Source of the DNA: a virus
Direction: 5' to 3' (one strand)
Virus record (IMG/VR): IMGVR_UViG_3300034954_001721
DNA length: 64,000 nt
Of the stretch, positions 42,811 to 50,966 are shown one piece after another; position 1 is the stretch's first letter; every line of letters starts with the position of its first letter. The notes under the pieces are model-generated. The model was given only the letters and a program-made list of their open reading frames with translations. It made no database searches and was not told the DNA's origin. The position numbers were made by a program, and so were the translations under genes.

Positions 42811-44492
42811 TGAATGTTATTGGACTTTATGGTGCGATTGGTTGGAATGTTCTAATTTCAGACAATCCAAAACTTCGTGAGCAGATGAATGATAGTTGGA
42901 CGCATGGTGCTAGTGTGTCCCTATTTTCTGATGGAAATCATGTTGTTAGTATTAGTGAAGAACGACTCAGTGGTATTAAATATGATGGAAATTTTCCGCG
43001 TAAGTCAGTAGAATATTGTCTATCTACAGGCAATCTTTCTAAAGAAGATATTGATGTAGTCATTGTTCCATCGATGGCTAATCAAAATTTCTATAAGAAT
43101 TACATCAATAAAACTATTGAAAAGAAAGTTAAAAGATATTTTCCAAAAGCAAAGGTAGAGATTGTATCGCACCATATGTGCCATGCATATTCTTCCGTAT
43201 TTTCATGTGATCATAACGAAGGATCTTTCATTACATTAGATAATGCTGGTTCTGTCCTGTTTGATACCACAGGAAATGTCTTTGCTTGTGAGAATCATTC
43301 ATTTGGATACTTCAATAAAGAGAAAGGTGTCTTCAAGTATTATCCTGGTATTCCAATGACTAATAATTTTGGAAATTACTATTGGATGTGGGCGTATAAT
43401 ATCTACACCCAGATGGTACAAAAACCAATTGAACTTACTGATCCAAAGTATCGTGAAACATTCTGTGGTAAGGTGATGGGTCTTTCTGCTTATGGAAATA
43501 TAAAAGAACCCAAGAAAGATTGGAGACTTCACTTTGAGGGAATTCCACAAGTAGCACTGGAGTCTTTACCTGGTCGTGATTTTAATTATGGTAATCTTTC
43601 TGCCGAAAATAAAGCAAAGCAACTTCAATATAACTTTGAAAATGCAATGCTTGAATGGATGAAGCAACTCAAAGAACAAGGGTATATTGAGGATAATCTT
43701 TGCCTTGCCGGTGGAGTATTCCTTAACATCCTTGCAAACTCTGTTCTTCGTAAGAATGATATTGCAAAGAACATGCACATTCCACCATTCCCTGATGATA
43801 CAGGACTTTCATTCGGTGCAGCTTGTTATGGTGCATTCAAGGCAAAAGAAAAGGTAACTCTTCCACATAACATTTCACTTCTCGGACGCACTTATAGTGA
43901 TGAAGAGATTGAGGAAGCACTTGAGGGCATTGAGTATAAGAAGTTTGATACCTTTGAGGAATTGTGTGATAAGACTGTAAATGTTCTTGCCGAGAATAAG
44001 ATTGTTGGTTGGTTCCAGAACCGTTCAGAGTTTGGTCCAAGAGCACTTGGTTCTAGGTCTATCCTTATGAATCCCACACCAAAGAAGAATAAGGAGACAA
44101 TAAATACTCGCATCAAACACAGAGAGGAATGGCGTCCGTTCGCAGGTATTATGCTTGAGGAATATCAAGATGAATACTTCATGGATACATATCCGAATGA
44201 ATATATGCTATACTCTTTAGTTGTAAAACCACATCAAAGAAAGAAACTCGGTGCAATTACACACAAGGATTTCTCTTGTAGAATTCAGACTGTGAATAAG
44301 AAGTTGCATCCAGAAGTTACCACACTCCTACAAAAATATAATGAGAAGACTGAATGCCCAGTTCTCCTCAATACATCTTTCAATGATAATGGTCAACCAA
44401 TCGTAGAAACTCCAAAGGATGCGGTTAAAACCTTTAAAAACATCGATTTGGATTATCTTGTGATTGGTAACTATCTTGTAGTAAAACAGTAA
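42810..44492 (+). CDS. O-carbamoyltransferase (NodU/CmcH family)
   Basis: EERLSGIKYD, HHMCHAYS, GKVMGLSAYG, AGGVFLN, EFGPRALGSRS, KHREEWRPFA, LLNTSFN. Confidence 0.92.
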   Translation: MNVIGLYGAIGWNVLISDNPKLREQMNDSWTHGASVSLFSDGNHVVSISEERLSGIKYDGNFPRKSVEYCLSTGNLSKEDIDVVIVPSMANQNFYKNYINKTIEKKVKRYFPKAKVEIVSHHMCHAYSSVFSCDHNEGSFITLDNAGSVLFDTTGNVFACENHSFGYFNKEKGVFKYYPGIPMTNNFGNYYWMWAYNIYTQMVQKPIELTDPKYRETFCGKVMGLSAYGNIKEPKKDWRLHFEGIPQVALESLPGRDFNYGNLSAENKAKQLQYNFENAMLEWMKQLKEQGYIEDNLCLAGGVFLNILANSVLRKNDIAKNMHIPPFPDDTGLSFGAACYGAFKAKEKVTLPHNISLLGRTYSDEEIEEALEGIEYKKFDTFEELCDKTVNVLAENKIVGWFQNRSEFGPRALGSRSILMNPTPKKNKETINTRIKHREEWRPFAGIMLEEYQDEYFMDTYPNEYMLYSLVVKPHQRKKLGAITHKDFSCRIQTVNKKLHPEVTTLLQKYNEKTECPVLLNTSFNDNGQPIVETPKDAVKTFKNIDLDYLVIGNYLVVKQ

Positions 44493-44496
44493 TCTT

Positions 44497-44733
44497 ATGA
44501 AATTTTTAGTATATTCCAAAAATGGATGTCCATATTGCTATAAAGTAATGTCGGTGTTAGAGATGACTGGTAATCAGTTTGTTGAGTATAAACTTGGCAG
44601 AGATTTTACAGGTCAAGAATTCTATGATAAATTTGGAAAAGGTTCTACTTTTCCACAAGTTCTTTGTGATGATAAAAAACTAGGAGGATGTGTTGACACC
44701 ATTCAGTTTCTCAGAGAAGAAAAAGTTATCTAA
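44497..44733 (+). CDS. nrdC: Glutaredoxin
   Basis: CPYC, TFPQV, LGG. Confidence 0.9.
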   Translation: MKFLVYSKNGCPYCYKVMSVLEMTGNQFVEYKLGRDFTGQEFYDKFGKGSTFPQVLCDDKKLGGCVDTIQFLREEKVI

Positions 44734-44911
44734 TCAAGACATAAATAAAACTACCACCCGTGAAGTCAATCGTGGGGTTGAACTTATTCTTAATGGAGGG
44801 AAGAGGCAATCTAAACCATTTCATATAATTTTTGAAAAGATGGTTTGCTTCTTCAAACGGGAAGTAACTATCTACTTCGAATTTTCCTTTCAATTGAGGA
44901 AAAAAAGTTAG
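44690..44911 (+). CDS. Hypothetical protein (start uncertain)
   Basis: ORF filling the gap between glutaredoxin and 44930. Confidence 0.4.
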   Translation: MLTPFSFSEKKKLSNQDINKTTTREVNRGVELILNGGKRQSKPFHIIFEKMVCFFKREVTIYFEFSFQLRKKS

Positions 44912-44929
44912 TTCCCAGAGGTAAGAGCA

Positions 44930-45157
44930 ATGTTAGCAGTAAGTTTAGTCTTTGGTTCATTTTTGACCATCCTGTTTCTTGTAGTGGGACTAATTGGAGG
45001 TTGGACTGCTAGAGAATATATGATGAATTATCGGGAAGTACCAAGACCTCACCCCGAAATGTTTGATAATCAGGGCAACCTGATTCCAGATGAGGTTATT
45101 GCATTTAATTTTGAAAACTATTATGACGACAGCGAAGAAGACGACATCAACGAATAG
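44930..45157 (+). CDS. Small membrane protein
   Basis: TM helix followed by HPEMFDNQGN; GAGG SD. Confidence 0.65.
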   Translation: MLAVSLVFGSFLTILFLVVGLIGGWTAREYMMNYREVPRPHPEMFDNQGNLIPDEVIAFNFENYYDDSEEDDINE

Positions 45158-45743
45158 AAAAAAGACAACTACTTCAAAACCAAAAACAATTGCAAGAAAG
45201 AGTCAATCTATTCCCGACCTCCCTGCAAATCCTTTTATCTTTGAGATTTTTGATTTGTGTGGGAAGCAGCGTAGTTCTGCTAAAAAAGTAGAAGTACTTC
45301 AAAAGTACTCCCATCCTTGTTTGAAAACTATCTTCATCTGGAACTATGATGAAAGTGTAGTTTCTATTCTTCCTGCAGGAGATGTTCCATATGCTGCTGT
45401 AGATGAGATGGATTCTTTCAAGGGCACTCTTTCTGAAAAGATTGCAGATGCTGTAGAAAAAATGGGTGAAATGGGAAGTCGTTCACTTGGTTCTCAAGAT
45501 CAAGGTCAGACATCTCTTCGTAAAGAGTATACAAAGTTTTATAATTTTGTAAAAGGTGGTAATGATGCACTGAGTTCTCTTCGTAAAGAGACTATGTTTA
45601 TCAACCTTCTTCAAGGTCTTCATCCACTTGAAGCTGAGATTGTATGCTTGATTAAAGATAAAAAACTTGAAACAAAGTATAAGATTACTAAAGATGTAGT
45701 CTCTAAAGCATACCCTGATATTCAATGGGGTAATCGTTCTTGA
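45123..45743 (+). CDS. Conserved T4-like hypothetical protein
   Basis: LPAGDVPY...RKETMFINLLQGLHPLEAE. Confidence 0.7.
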   Translation: MTTAKKTTSTNRKKTTTSKPKTIARKSQSIPDLPANPFIFEIFDLCGKQRSSAKKVEVLQKYSHPCLKTIFIWNYDESVVSILPAGDVPYAAVDEMDSFKGTLSEKIADAVEKMGEMGSRSLGSQDQGQTSLRKEYTKFYNFVKGGNDALSSLRKETMFINLLQGLHPLEAEIVCLIKDKKLETKYKITKDVVSKAYPDIQWGNRS

Positions 45744-45756
45744 TCGGAGTTTTATT

Positions 45757-46116
45757 ATGAATAAAGAAGTTACAGAGGTGTCCACAGAGACATCTGTGGA
45801 GAAGAAACCTATGTATTCTTGGACACAATCAGAAAAAGATAACTCCAAAAAACTTTATGGAGTTGAAATTATGATTGAGAATGGCACACTGGAGCAAGTC
45901 AAGACAAAAGACTGTCCTAATGATGCCAGGATTGTTACTTATGAGGTTGATGGTGAAATCAGATATGATTTGACTCGTAGTCAAAAAGCAGTCAATATTT
46001 TTGATATGTACTATGATAAATTTGGTAAGAGTTTAAAAGATATTCAGTTTGGTGAAGGGAGACACAATCCTAAACTCTGGGGGATTCAAGCACCCAAAAC
46101 CAAAAAGAAGAAGTGA
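45757..46116 (+). CDS. Hypothetical protein
   Basis: GGAG SD; clean ORF. Confidence 0.65.
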   Translation: MNKEVTEVSTETSVEKKPMYSWTQSEKDNSKKLYGVEIMIENGTLEQVKTKDCPNDARIVTYEVDGEIRYDLTRSQKAVNIFDMYYDKFGKSLKDIQFGEGRHNPKLWGIQAPKTKKKK

Positions 46117-46176
46117 TTTCCCAGATCGGGGGAAAAAATTCCGGCAAAAATTTTGCTTCTTAAAGTTTTTTAAAAA

Positions 46177-46192
46177 TGTATCATAAGTTACA
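46177..46192. promoter_or_regulatory. NtcA-box-like palindrome
   Basis: TGTA-TCATAAGT-TACA equals GTA-N8-TAC, ending 8 nt upstream of the -35. Confidence 0.6.
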
Positions 46193-46199
46193 TAATTAC

Positions 46200-46228
46200 T
46201 TGACTACATAGTGTATAGGAGTTATAAT
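46200..46228 (+). promoter_or_regulatory. Sigma70-type promoter
   Basis: TTGACT-17-TATAAT. Confidence 0.8.
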
Positions 46229-46237
46229 ACTCTAGTA

Positions 46238-46469
46238 CGTTCATCCCACTCTTGGGTGGGACGCAAGTAAGTCGCGGAACGGAGCGTTCATCCCATGTTA
46301 ATAGAATCACTTCTATACGCAACACTCAATTGTCAAGATTCTGATGCGATTATGCTCAGGATCGCTAGACATGAATCTTTACCACCTAAGGTAAAGATTG
46401 AGTTGGTTGAGACCGTAAGGGAAGCAACCGAACCTGAGTGTTACTGGGACGCAAACGACTGAAGGAACG
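46238..46469 (+). ncRNA. Tandem glutamine-riboswitch-like aptamers (glnA/Downstream-peptide class)
   Basis: Unit 1 46238-46281: CGTTC-a-TCCCAC/GTGGGA-cgcaagtaagtcgcg-GAACG. Unit 2 46285-46469: CGTTC-a-TCCCA...TGGGA-cgcaaacgactgaag-GAACG. Confidence 0.6.
46295..46462 (+). CDS. 55-aa ORF nested in the aptamer-2 loop (not in ORF track)
   Basis: GGAG SD at 46281; MLIESLLYATLNCQDSDAIMLRIARHESLPPKVKIELVETVREATEPECYWDAND. Confidence 0.6.
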   Translation: MLIESLLYATLNCQDSDAIMLRIARHESLPPKVKIELVETVREATEPECYWDAND

Positions 46470-46504
46470 GGGCTAAAAATCCCTAGTATTTCAGGTAACG
46501 ACAA

Positions 46505-46672
46505 ATGAACACACTAACTCTCATCAAGAAGCAAATCGAGAAGGCAGCAGCACTGCATGACGCTCAGATCACTCACACATCATATCGTGGTGTTGAGTAT
46601 GATACTCGTTGTGTAGAAAGCAAAGAGTCACACGGCACTTTCTGCTATCGTGGTCACACTTATAACAAGTGA
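46505..46672 (+). CDS. DUF4278-like small protein (not in ORF track)
   Basis: Two YRG motifs: TSYRGVEY and FCYRGHTY; downstream of the riboswitch-like element. Confidence 0.7.
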   Translation: MNTLTLIKKQIEKAAALHDAQITHTSYRGVEYDTRCVESKESHGTFCYRGHTYNK

Positions 46673-46679
46673 GGCAATT

Positions 46680-46775
46680 ATGCAAGCAATTCAAGTAGCA
46701 TCATTAGGTTCTATTTTTATCATTGCATTTCTTGGTTTACTTTACGGAGAACTCACACTTTTGCATAAGAGGTGA
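46680..46775 (+). CDS. 31-aa TM peptide (not in ORF track)
   Basis: GAGG SD; MQAIQVASLGSIFIIAFLGLLYGELTLLHKR. Confidence 0.55.
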   Translation: MQAIQVASLGSIFIIAFLGLLYGELTLLHKR

Positions 46776-46789
46776 GAAAATTAATAATC

Positions 46790-46817
46790 AAAGAGGGGTT
46801 TCGACCCCTCTTTTTTT
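46790..46817 (+). terminator. Intrinsic terminator
   Basis: AAAGAGGGGT-ttcg-ACCCCTCTTT followed by a T-run. Confidence 0.9.
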
Positions 46818-46848
46818 ATGCTATAATAAGTGCAGTGTATACACTATT

Positions 46849-47034
46849 ATGGACAAGGAACGACTAAAACTTATCGTTCGTAATCTTGAACTATTAGTTG
46901 ATGGATTGAAAGCAGAAGTTTACTCTGATCCAAGTGCTTACATGGATAAAAGAGAAAACTTTGATGATCCAGCACATTATTACAAAGCAGACTACGACGA
47001 GGTATTCAACGATGACGACGGGTATCCCGACTGA
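46849..47034 (+). CDS. Hypothetical protein
   Basis: MDKERLKLIVRNLELLV...; acidic tail. Confidence 0.65.
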   Translation: MDKERLKLIVRNLELLVDGLKAEVYSDPSAYMDKRENFDDPAHYYKADYDEVFNDDDGYPD

Positions 47035-47191
47035 ACGGGCAAGAAAGTATATGAAATTGCTTCGCAGATTGGTGAAGCAAGAACATCTTTATACAGAAGA
47101 AAAACTGATTGAGATGAAGAAACAATTGCGGGTTTTAGAAGAAGAGCTTGCTGTGCTAGAATCAAAAGTGTCAAAAGGATTTGGTAAATGA
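47012..47191 (+). CDS. Hypothetical coiled-coil protein (start uncertain)
   Basis: KLLRRLVKQEHLY...SKGFGK. Confidence 0.55.
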   Translation: MTTGIPTERARKYMKLLRRLVKQEHLYTEEKLIEMKKQLRVLEEELAVLESKVSKGFGK

Positions 47192-47823
47192 GTGTAAAAC
47201 TGATCAGTGTAACTCCCGATGCGGAGAAGATGATGGCATACGTTGCTCGTGTGTCAAACCCCAATAACCAGGAAAACCCTAACTACGCAAAATTATTGGG
47301 TTACTGCATTAAGCACAACCACTGGTCTGTGTTTGAGCAGGCATTTATGACTCTGGAACTTCAAACTACCAGAGGGGTGGCGGCTCAAGTGCTCCGGCAC
47401 CGTTCGTTCACATATCAAGAATTTTCGCAACGCTATGCTGACAGTTCTATGTTGGCAGAACGTATTCCCCTTCCAGAACTTCGCAGGCAGGACACTAAAA
47501 ATCGCCAGAATTCTATTGATGATATTGATCCCTTTGTGAATCAAGAGTTTCAAATCAAAATGGAAAATCATTTCCAAGAAGGTATGAAACTCTATCAAGA
47601 GATGCTTAAATATGGCATCGCAAAGGAGTGTGCTCGTTTTGTGCTTCCTCTTGCCACACCCACCAGAATTTACATGTCTGGTTCATGTCGCTCATGGATT
47701 CATTATATCAATCTCCGTACTGCTAACGGCACTCAGAAAGAGCACATGGACCTTGCAGAAGGTTGTAAGAAAGTGTTTATTGAGCAGTTTCCAACTTGTG
47801 CAGAAGCCCTTGAGTGGGTCTAA
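47188..47823 (+). CDS. thyX: Flavin-dependent thymidylate synthase
   Basis: HWSVFE, RHRSFTYQEFSQRY, ECARFVLP. Confidence 0.95.
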   Translation: MSVKLISVTPDAEKMMAYVARVSNPNNQENPNYAKLLGYCIKHNHWSVFEQAFMTLELQTTRGVAAQVLRHRSFTYQEFSQRYADSSMLAERIPLPELRRQDTKNRQNSIDDIDPFVNQEFQIKMENHFQEGMKLYQEMLKYGIAKECARFVLPLATPTRIYMSGSCRSWIHYINLRTANGTQKEHMDLAEGCKKVFIEQFPTCAEALEWV

Positions 47824-47846
47824 ATAAAATACATTGAAATTTGATT

Positions 47847-48095
47847 ATGGCAACGTATCCTGTTATTCATAAGGAAACTGGAGAGCAAAAACAAGTTAGT
47901 ATGAGTGTTCACGATTGGACACAATGGTGTGAAGACAATCCCGAATGGCAACGAGATTGGTCAGATCCATCTACCTGTCCTGCTTCAGCTGAAGTTGGGG
48001 AATGGAAGGATAAACTTCGTAAGTCTTATCCAGGGTGGAATGATGTTCTTGGAAAAGCATCTAAAGCACCTGGTTCAACTGTAAAGAAAATTTAA
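47847..48095 (+). CDS. Conserved hypothetical protein
   Basis: MATYPVIHKETGE...GWNDVL. Confidence 0.65.
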   Translation: MATYPVIHKETGEQKQVSMSVHDWTQWCEDNPEWQRDWSDPSTCPASAEVGEWKDKLRKSYPGWNDVLGKASKAPGSTVKKI

Positions 48096-48097
48096 AT

Positions 48098-48862
48098 ATG
48101 GCAAGAAGGAAAAGAGCATCTGCAAAAGATGAACAACCAATTGGAGTTGGTCTTACTGCAAAGCAGATGAAGAGAAAAAAACCACTAAGTCAAGAGTATT
48201 TGGTTGATATTGATCCATTATCTGATAATCAAAAACAACTCTTTGATTCATATAATGAAGGAAAGCATATTGTTGCATATGGTTGTGCAGGCACCGGTAA
48301 AACCTTTATTACCCTCTACAATGCTCTTCGTGATGTTCTGAGTGAAAATACTCCATATGAGCGCATTTACCTTGTACGCTCTCTTGTAGCAACTAGAGAG
48401 ATTGGTTTTCTTCCAGGTTCACATGAAGACAAGGCAGACATTTACCAAATTCCTTATAAGAATATGGTGAAATATATGTTCCAGATGCCTAGTGATGCAG
48501 ACTTTGAAATGCTGTATGGAAACTTAAAATCTCAGGAATCTATCAAGTTCTGGTCTACTTCATTTTTGCGTGGAACAACTCTTGATAATGCGATTGTTAT
48601 TGTGGACGAGTTCCAGAATCTAAACTTTCATGAACTTGATAGTATTATTACCCGTGTTGGTGAGAATACTAAGATCTGTTTCTGTGGAGATGCACGTCAA
48701 TCTGATTTGCAGAAAGATAAGGAAAAGAATGGTATTGTTGATTTTCTCAACATCTTGCGTAAAATGGAATCATTTGATATAATTGAGTTTGATGTTGACG
48801 ATATTGTTCGTTCTGGACTCGTCAAAGAATATATTATTGCAAAAATGGAATCTGGTTTTTGA
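48098..48862 (+). CDS. phoH: PhoH-family ATPase
   Basis: GCAGTGKT, IGFLPG, RGTTLD, VDEFQN, GDARQSD, IVRSG. Confidence 0.95.
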   Translation: MARRKRASAKDEQPIGVGLTAKQMKRKKPLSQEYLVDIDPLSDNQKQLFDSYNEGKHIVAYGCAGTGKTFITLYNALRDVLSENTPYERIYLVRSLVATREIGFLPGSHEDKADIYQIPYKNMVKYMFQMPSDADFEMLYGNLKSQESIKFWSTSFLRGTTLDNAIVIVDEFQNLNFHELDSIITRVGENTKICFCGDARQSDLQKDKEKNGIVDFLNILRKMESFDIIEFDVDDIVRSGLVKEYIIAKMESGF

Positions 48863-49542
48863 TGTTTAATTATGTTGATGTAAGTCTCCCTCAACTTGAG
48901 AGGGAGACAATTGATGGGGTGAGATACTACTCTGTTCCCGATGAAGAAGAACTCCTCCGACTGGTCTCCATTACTTCGGTGACCAGTCATTTTAATAAGG
49001 AGATTTTTATTAAATGGAGGAAAAGAGTTGGTAATGAAGAAGCAGATCGTATCACGAAAAAAGCAACTAGTCGCGGTACGGATATGCACACTCTTACCGA
49101 ACATTATCTCAAGAATGAGAATCTTCCAAAGGTTCAACCTATCTCTGATTTTCTGTTCAAGATTTCTAAAGAGAACCTAAATCGTATAAATAACATACAC
49201 GCCCTTGAGGGTTCGCTATATAGTAAGCAATTAGGAATTGCTGGAACAGTAGATTGTATCGCTGAATATGACGGCGAGTTAGCAATAATCGACTTCAAGA
49301 CTTCAAAAAAACCAAAACCCCGAGAGTGGATTGACCACTACTTTGTACAGTGCATGGCATATGGTTGTATGCTGTATGAATTGACTGGTATTTCAGTCAA
49401 AAAACTTGTAATTATCATGGCATGTGAAAATGGAGAATGCGTCGTCTATGAAGAGCGAGACAAATCAAAGTACATCAAACTTCTCACAGAATACATTGGA
49501 AAGTTTGTTAGAGATAAACTGGAACTCTATGGAACCAAATAA
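48862..49542 (+). CDS. PD-(D/E)XK exonuclease
   Basis: SITSV, RGTDMH, AGTVDC, IIDFKTS, QCMAY. Confidence 0.85.
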   Translation: MFNYVDVSLPQLERETIDGVRYYSVPDEEELLRLVSITSVTSHFNKEIFIKWRKRVGNEEADRITKKATSRGTDMHTLTEHYLKNENLPKVQPISDFLFKISKENLNRINNIHALEGSLYSKQLGIAGTVDCIAEYDGELAIIDFKTSKKPKPREWIDHYFVQCMAYGCMLYELTGISVKKLVIIMACENGECVVYEERDKSKYIKLLTEYIGKFVRDKLELYGTK

Positions 49543-49789
49543 AGAACTAGAAAAAGCAATCGAGAGTAAATTTTTGACCCCCTCAAAATTTGCCTTAGAA
49601 ATTGAAAAAATTGTTGCTGAAGAAAAATTTAACTATATTGATGCTATTTGTCATTATTGTGAAATCAATGAACTTGAGGTAGACTCTATATCTAAGTTAG
49701 TATCTAAACCACTAAAAGAAAAACTGAAGTGGGATGCTACGAGACTTAATTTTATGAAACGAACTTCGAGAGCAAAATTGCCTTTATGA
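49529..49789 (+). CDS. gp33: Late transcription coactivator gp33
   Basis: FALEIEKIV, NYIDAI, LKEKL...LNF; position before gp59. Confidence 0.8.
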   Translation: MEPNKELEKAIESKFLTPSKFALEIEKIVAEEKFNYIDAICHYCEINELEVDSISKLVSKPLKEKLKWDATRLNFMKRTSRAKLPL

Positions 49790-50388
49790 AAGTGACTCCA
49801 TTTGATACCTACCAACATTATTTGTCACTCAAAAATCATTTTACAAATCCAAAATACGACTTCTTCAAGTATGGTGCGAAGACCCGTGCTAGTGTGACCT
49901 CTTTTAACAAGAGGAAAGACAAGTATTGGTTTGAGAAAACCTCTCGCAAATACTCTGATGAAGAGGTTGTTGATTTTTTGGTGTCAAATTTTTCTTCCGC
50001 CGATAACCCACAAAATCTATGGATTGGAGAAATTATCAATTCTGGCGAAAGGACTTACGCCGAATGGAAAAAACGGAGACAGAGTTCGACTTACTTGTTC
50101 AAAGAACAAAGCAACGGGTTGTTCTTGGAGAACGAATTCTCGAAACTGTTCGATTGTTCCAAAGGTCATCCTATCCTTCTGAAGGAGTATCTAAGCGGGA
50201 GATTATCTCTAGAAAACTTCGTCATCTACGACAAAATTTTCCATTTTTCTAAAAACTTTGATAAAAAACTGCTGGATCCTGTGTGGGAAACCGTAAGTTT
50301 GAAAATAAAGAAATATGAACCCTTCATAAATATTGACGTATTCAACTACAAAAGAATTCTAAAGGAGATTATTAGTAATGGCTCTTGA
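49786..50388 (+). CDS. gp59: Helicase loader gp59
   Basis: YLSLKNHF..KYDFFKY, FNKRKDKYWFEK. Confidence 0.85.
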   Translation: MKVTPFDTYQHYLSLKNHFTNPKYDFFKYGAKTRASVTSFNKRKDKYWFEKTSRKYSDEEVVDFLVSNFSSADNPQNLWIGEIINSGERTYAEWKKRRQSSTYLFKEQSNGLFLENEFSKLFDCSKGHPILLKEYLSGRLSLENFVIYDKIFHFSKNFDKKLLDPVWETVSLKIKKYEPFINIDVFNYKRILKEIISNGS

Positions 50389-50578
50389 CAATAAAACTGT
50401 TCTTGAAAATCTTATTAATCAGCGAACAGAACTTATCACACAGATTGAAACGTCCCGTGCAACTGTATTGAGGCTTGACGGTGCTATTGACGTGCTTCAG
50501 CAACTTATTGAATCTGCTGAAAAGACTGAAGAGACTGAAGAAGTCGCAGAAACTGAAGTAGTAGCAGAGAATGAGTGA
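50378..50578 (+). CDS. Hypothetical coiled-coil protein
   Basis: AAGGAG SD; RLDGAIDVL. Confidence 0.6.
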   Translation: MALDNKTVLENLINQRTELITQIETSRATVLRLDGAIDVLQQLIESAEKTEETEEVAETEVVAENE

Positions 50579-50903
50579 TTTTTTTGATTCTGAAATTATT
50601 CAAGATGAATTAAAAGAAATCAATGAGTTGCAAGAGAGAATCTATGGTTCTCTCTTTAATTTTAATTCTATGTCCAACGAAGACAGATTAAAACATGTTG
50701 AAATACTGTCAAACTTGCTAGAAAAGCAAAAAGTGATGTATACTAGGTTATCTCTTTCGGAAGATCCTAAAGCGGTTGAAATGAAAGAGAACCTTCGCAA
50801 GTCAGTCGTAATGATGGGTTTTCCACCTGAGACCGACATGAGTATGCTATTCAATAGTATGAGTGCGACCATCGAGGCATTGAAAAATTACATTGACTCT
50901 TGA
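50571..50903 (+). CDS. DUF1825-like protein
   Basis: FFDSEIIQDE...RLSLSEDP.A. Confidence 0.65.
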   Translation: MSDFFDSEIIQDELKEINELQERIYGSLFNFNSMSNEDRLKHVEILSNLLEKQKVMYTRLSLSEDPKAVEMKENLRKSVVMMGFPPETDMSMLFNSMSATIEALKNYIDS

Positions 50904-50921
50904 TGGTTTCTTTGTTATAAT
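50893..50921 (+). promoter_or_regulatory. Sigma70-type promoter for gp32
   Basis: TTGACT-17-TATAAT. Confidence 0.75.
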
Positions 50922-50966
50922 ATCCAAGCAAATCCAACAAATCCAAACTAATCCGAGGTAATCTAA

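Noticed and set aside
46117-46176. A/T-tract stretch as a replication origin
   Set aside because: No iterons or other supporting signal; could simply be an upstream promoter element
46238-46469. Repeated CGTTCATCCC / GGGACGCAA as a mini CRISPR array or tRNA
   Set aside because: Only two units with unequal spacing, no cas genes and no cloverleaf; pairing fits an aptamer better
48862-49542. Cas4/CRISPR association of the PD-(D/E)XK nuclease
   Set aside because: Ordinary T4-like cyanophage exonuclease in phoH-gp33-gp59 synteny; no array nearby
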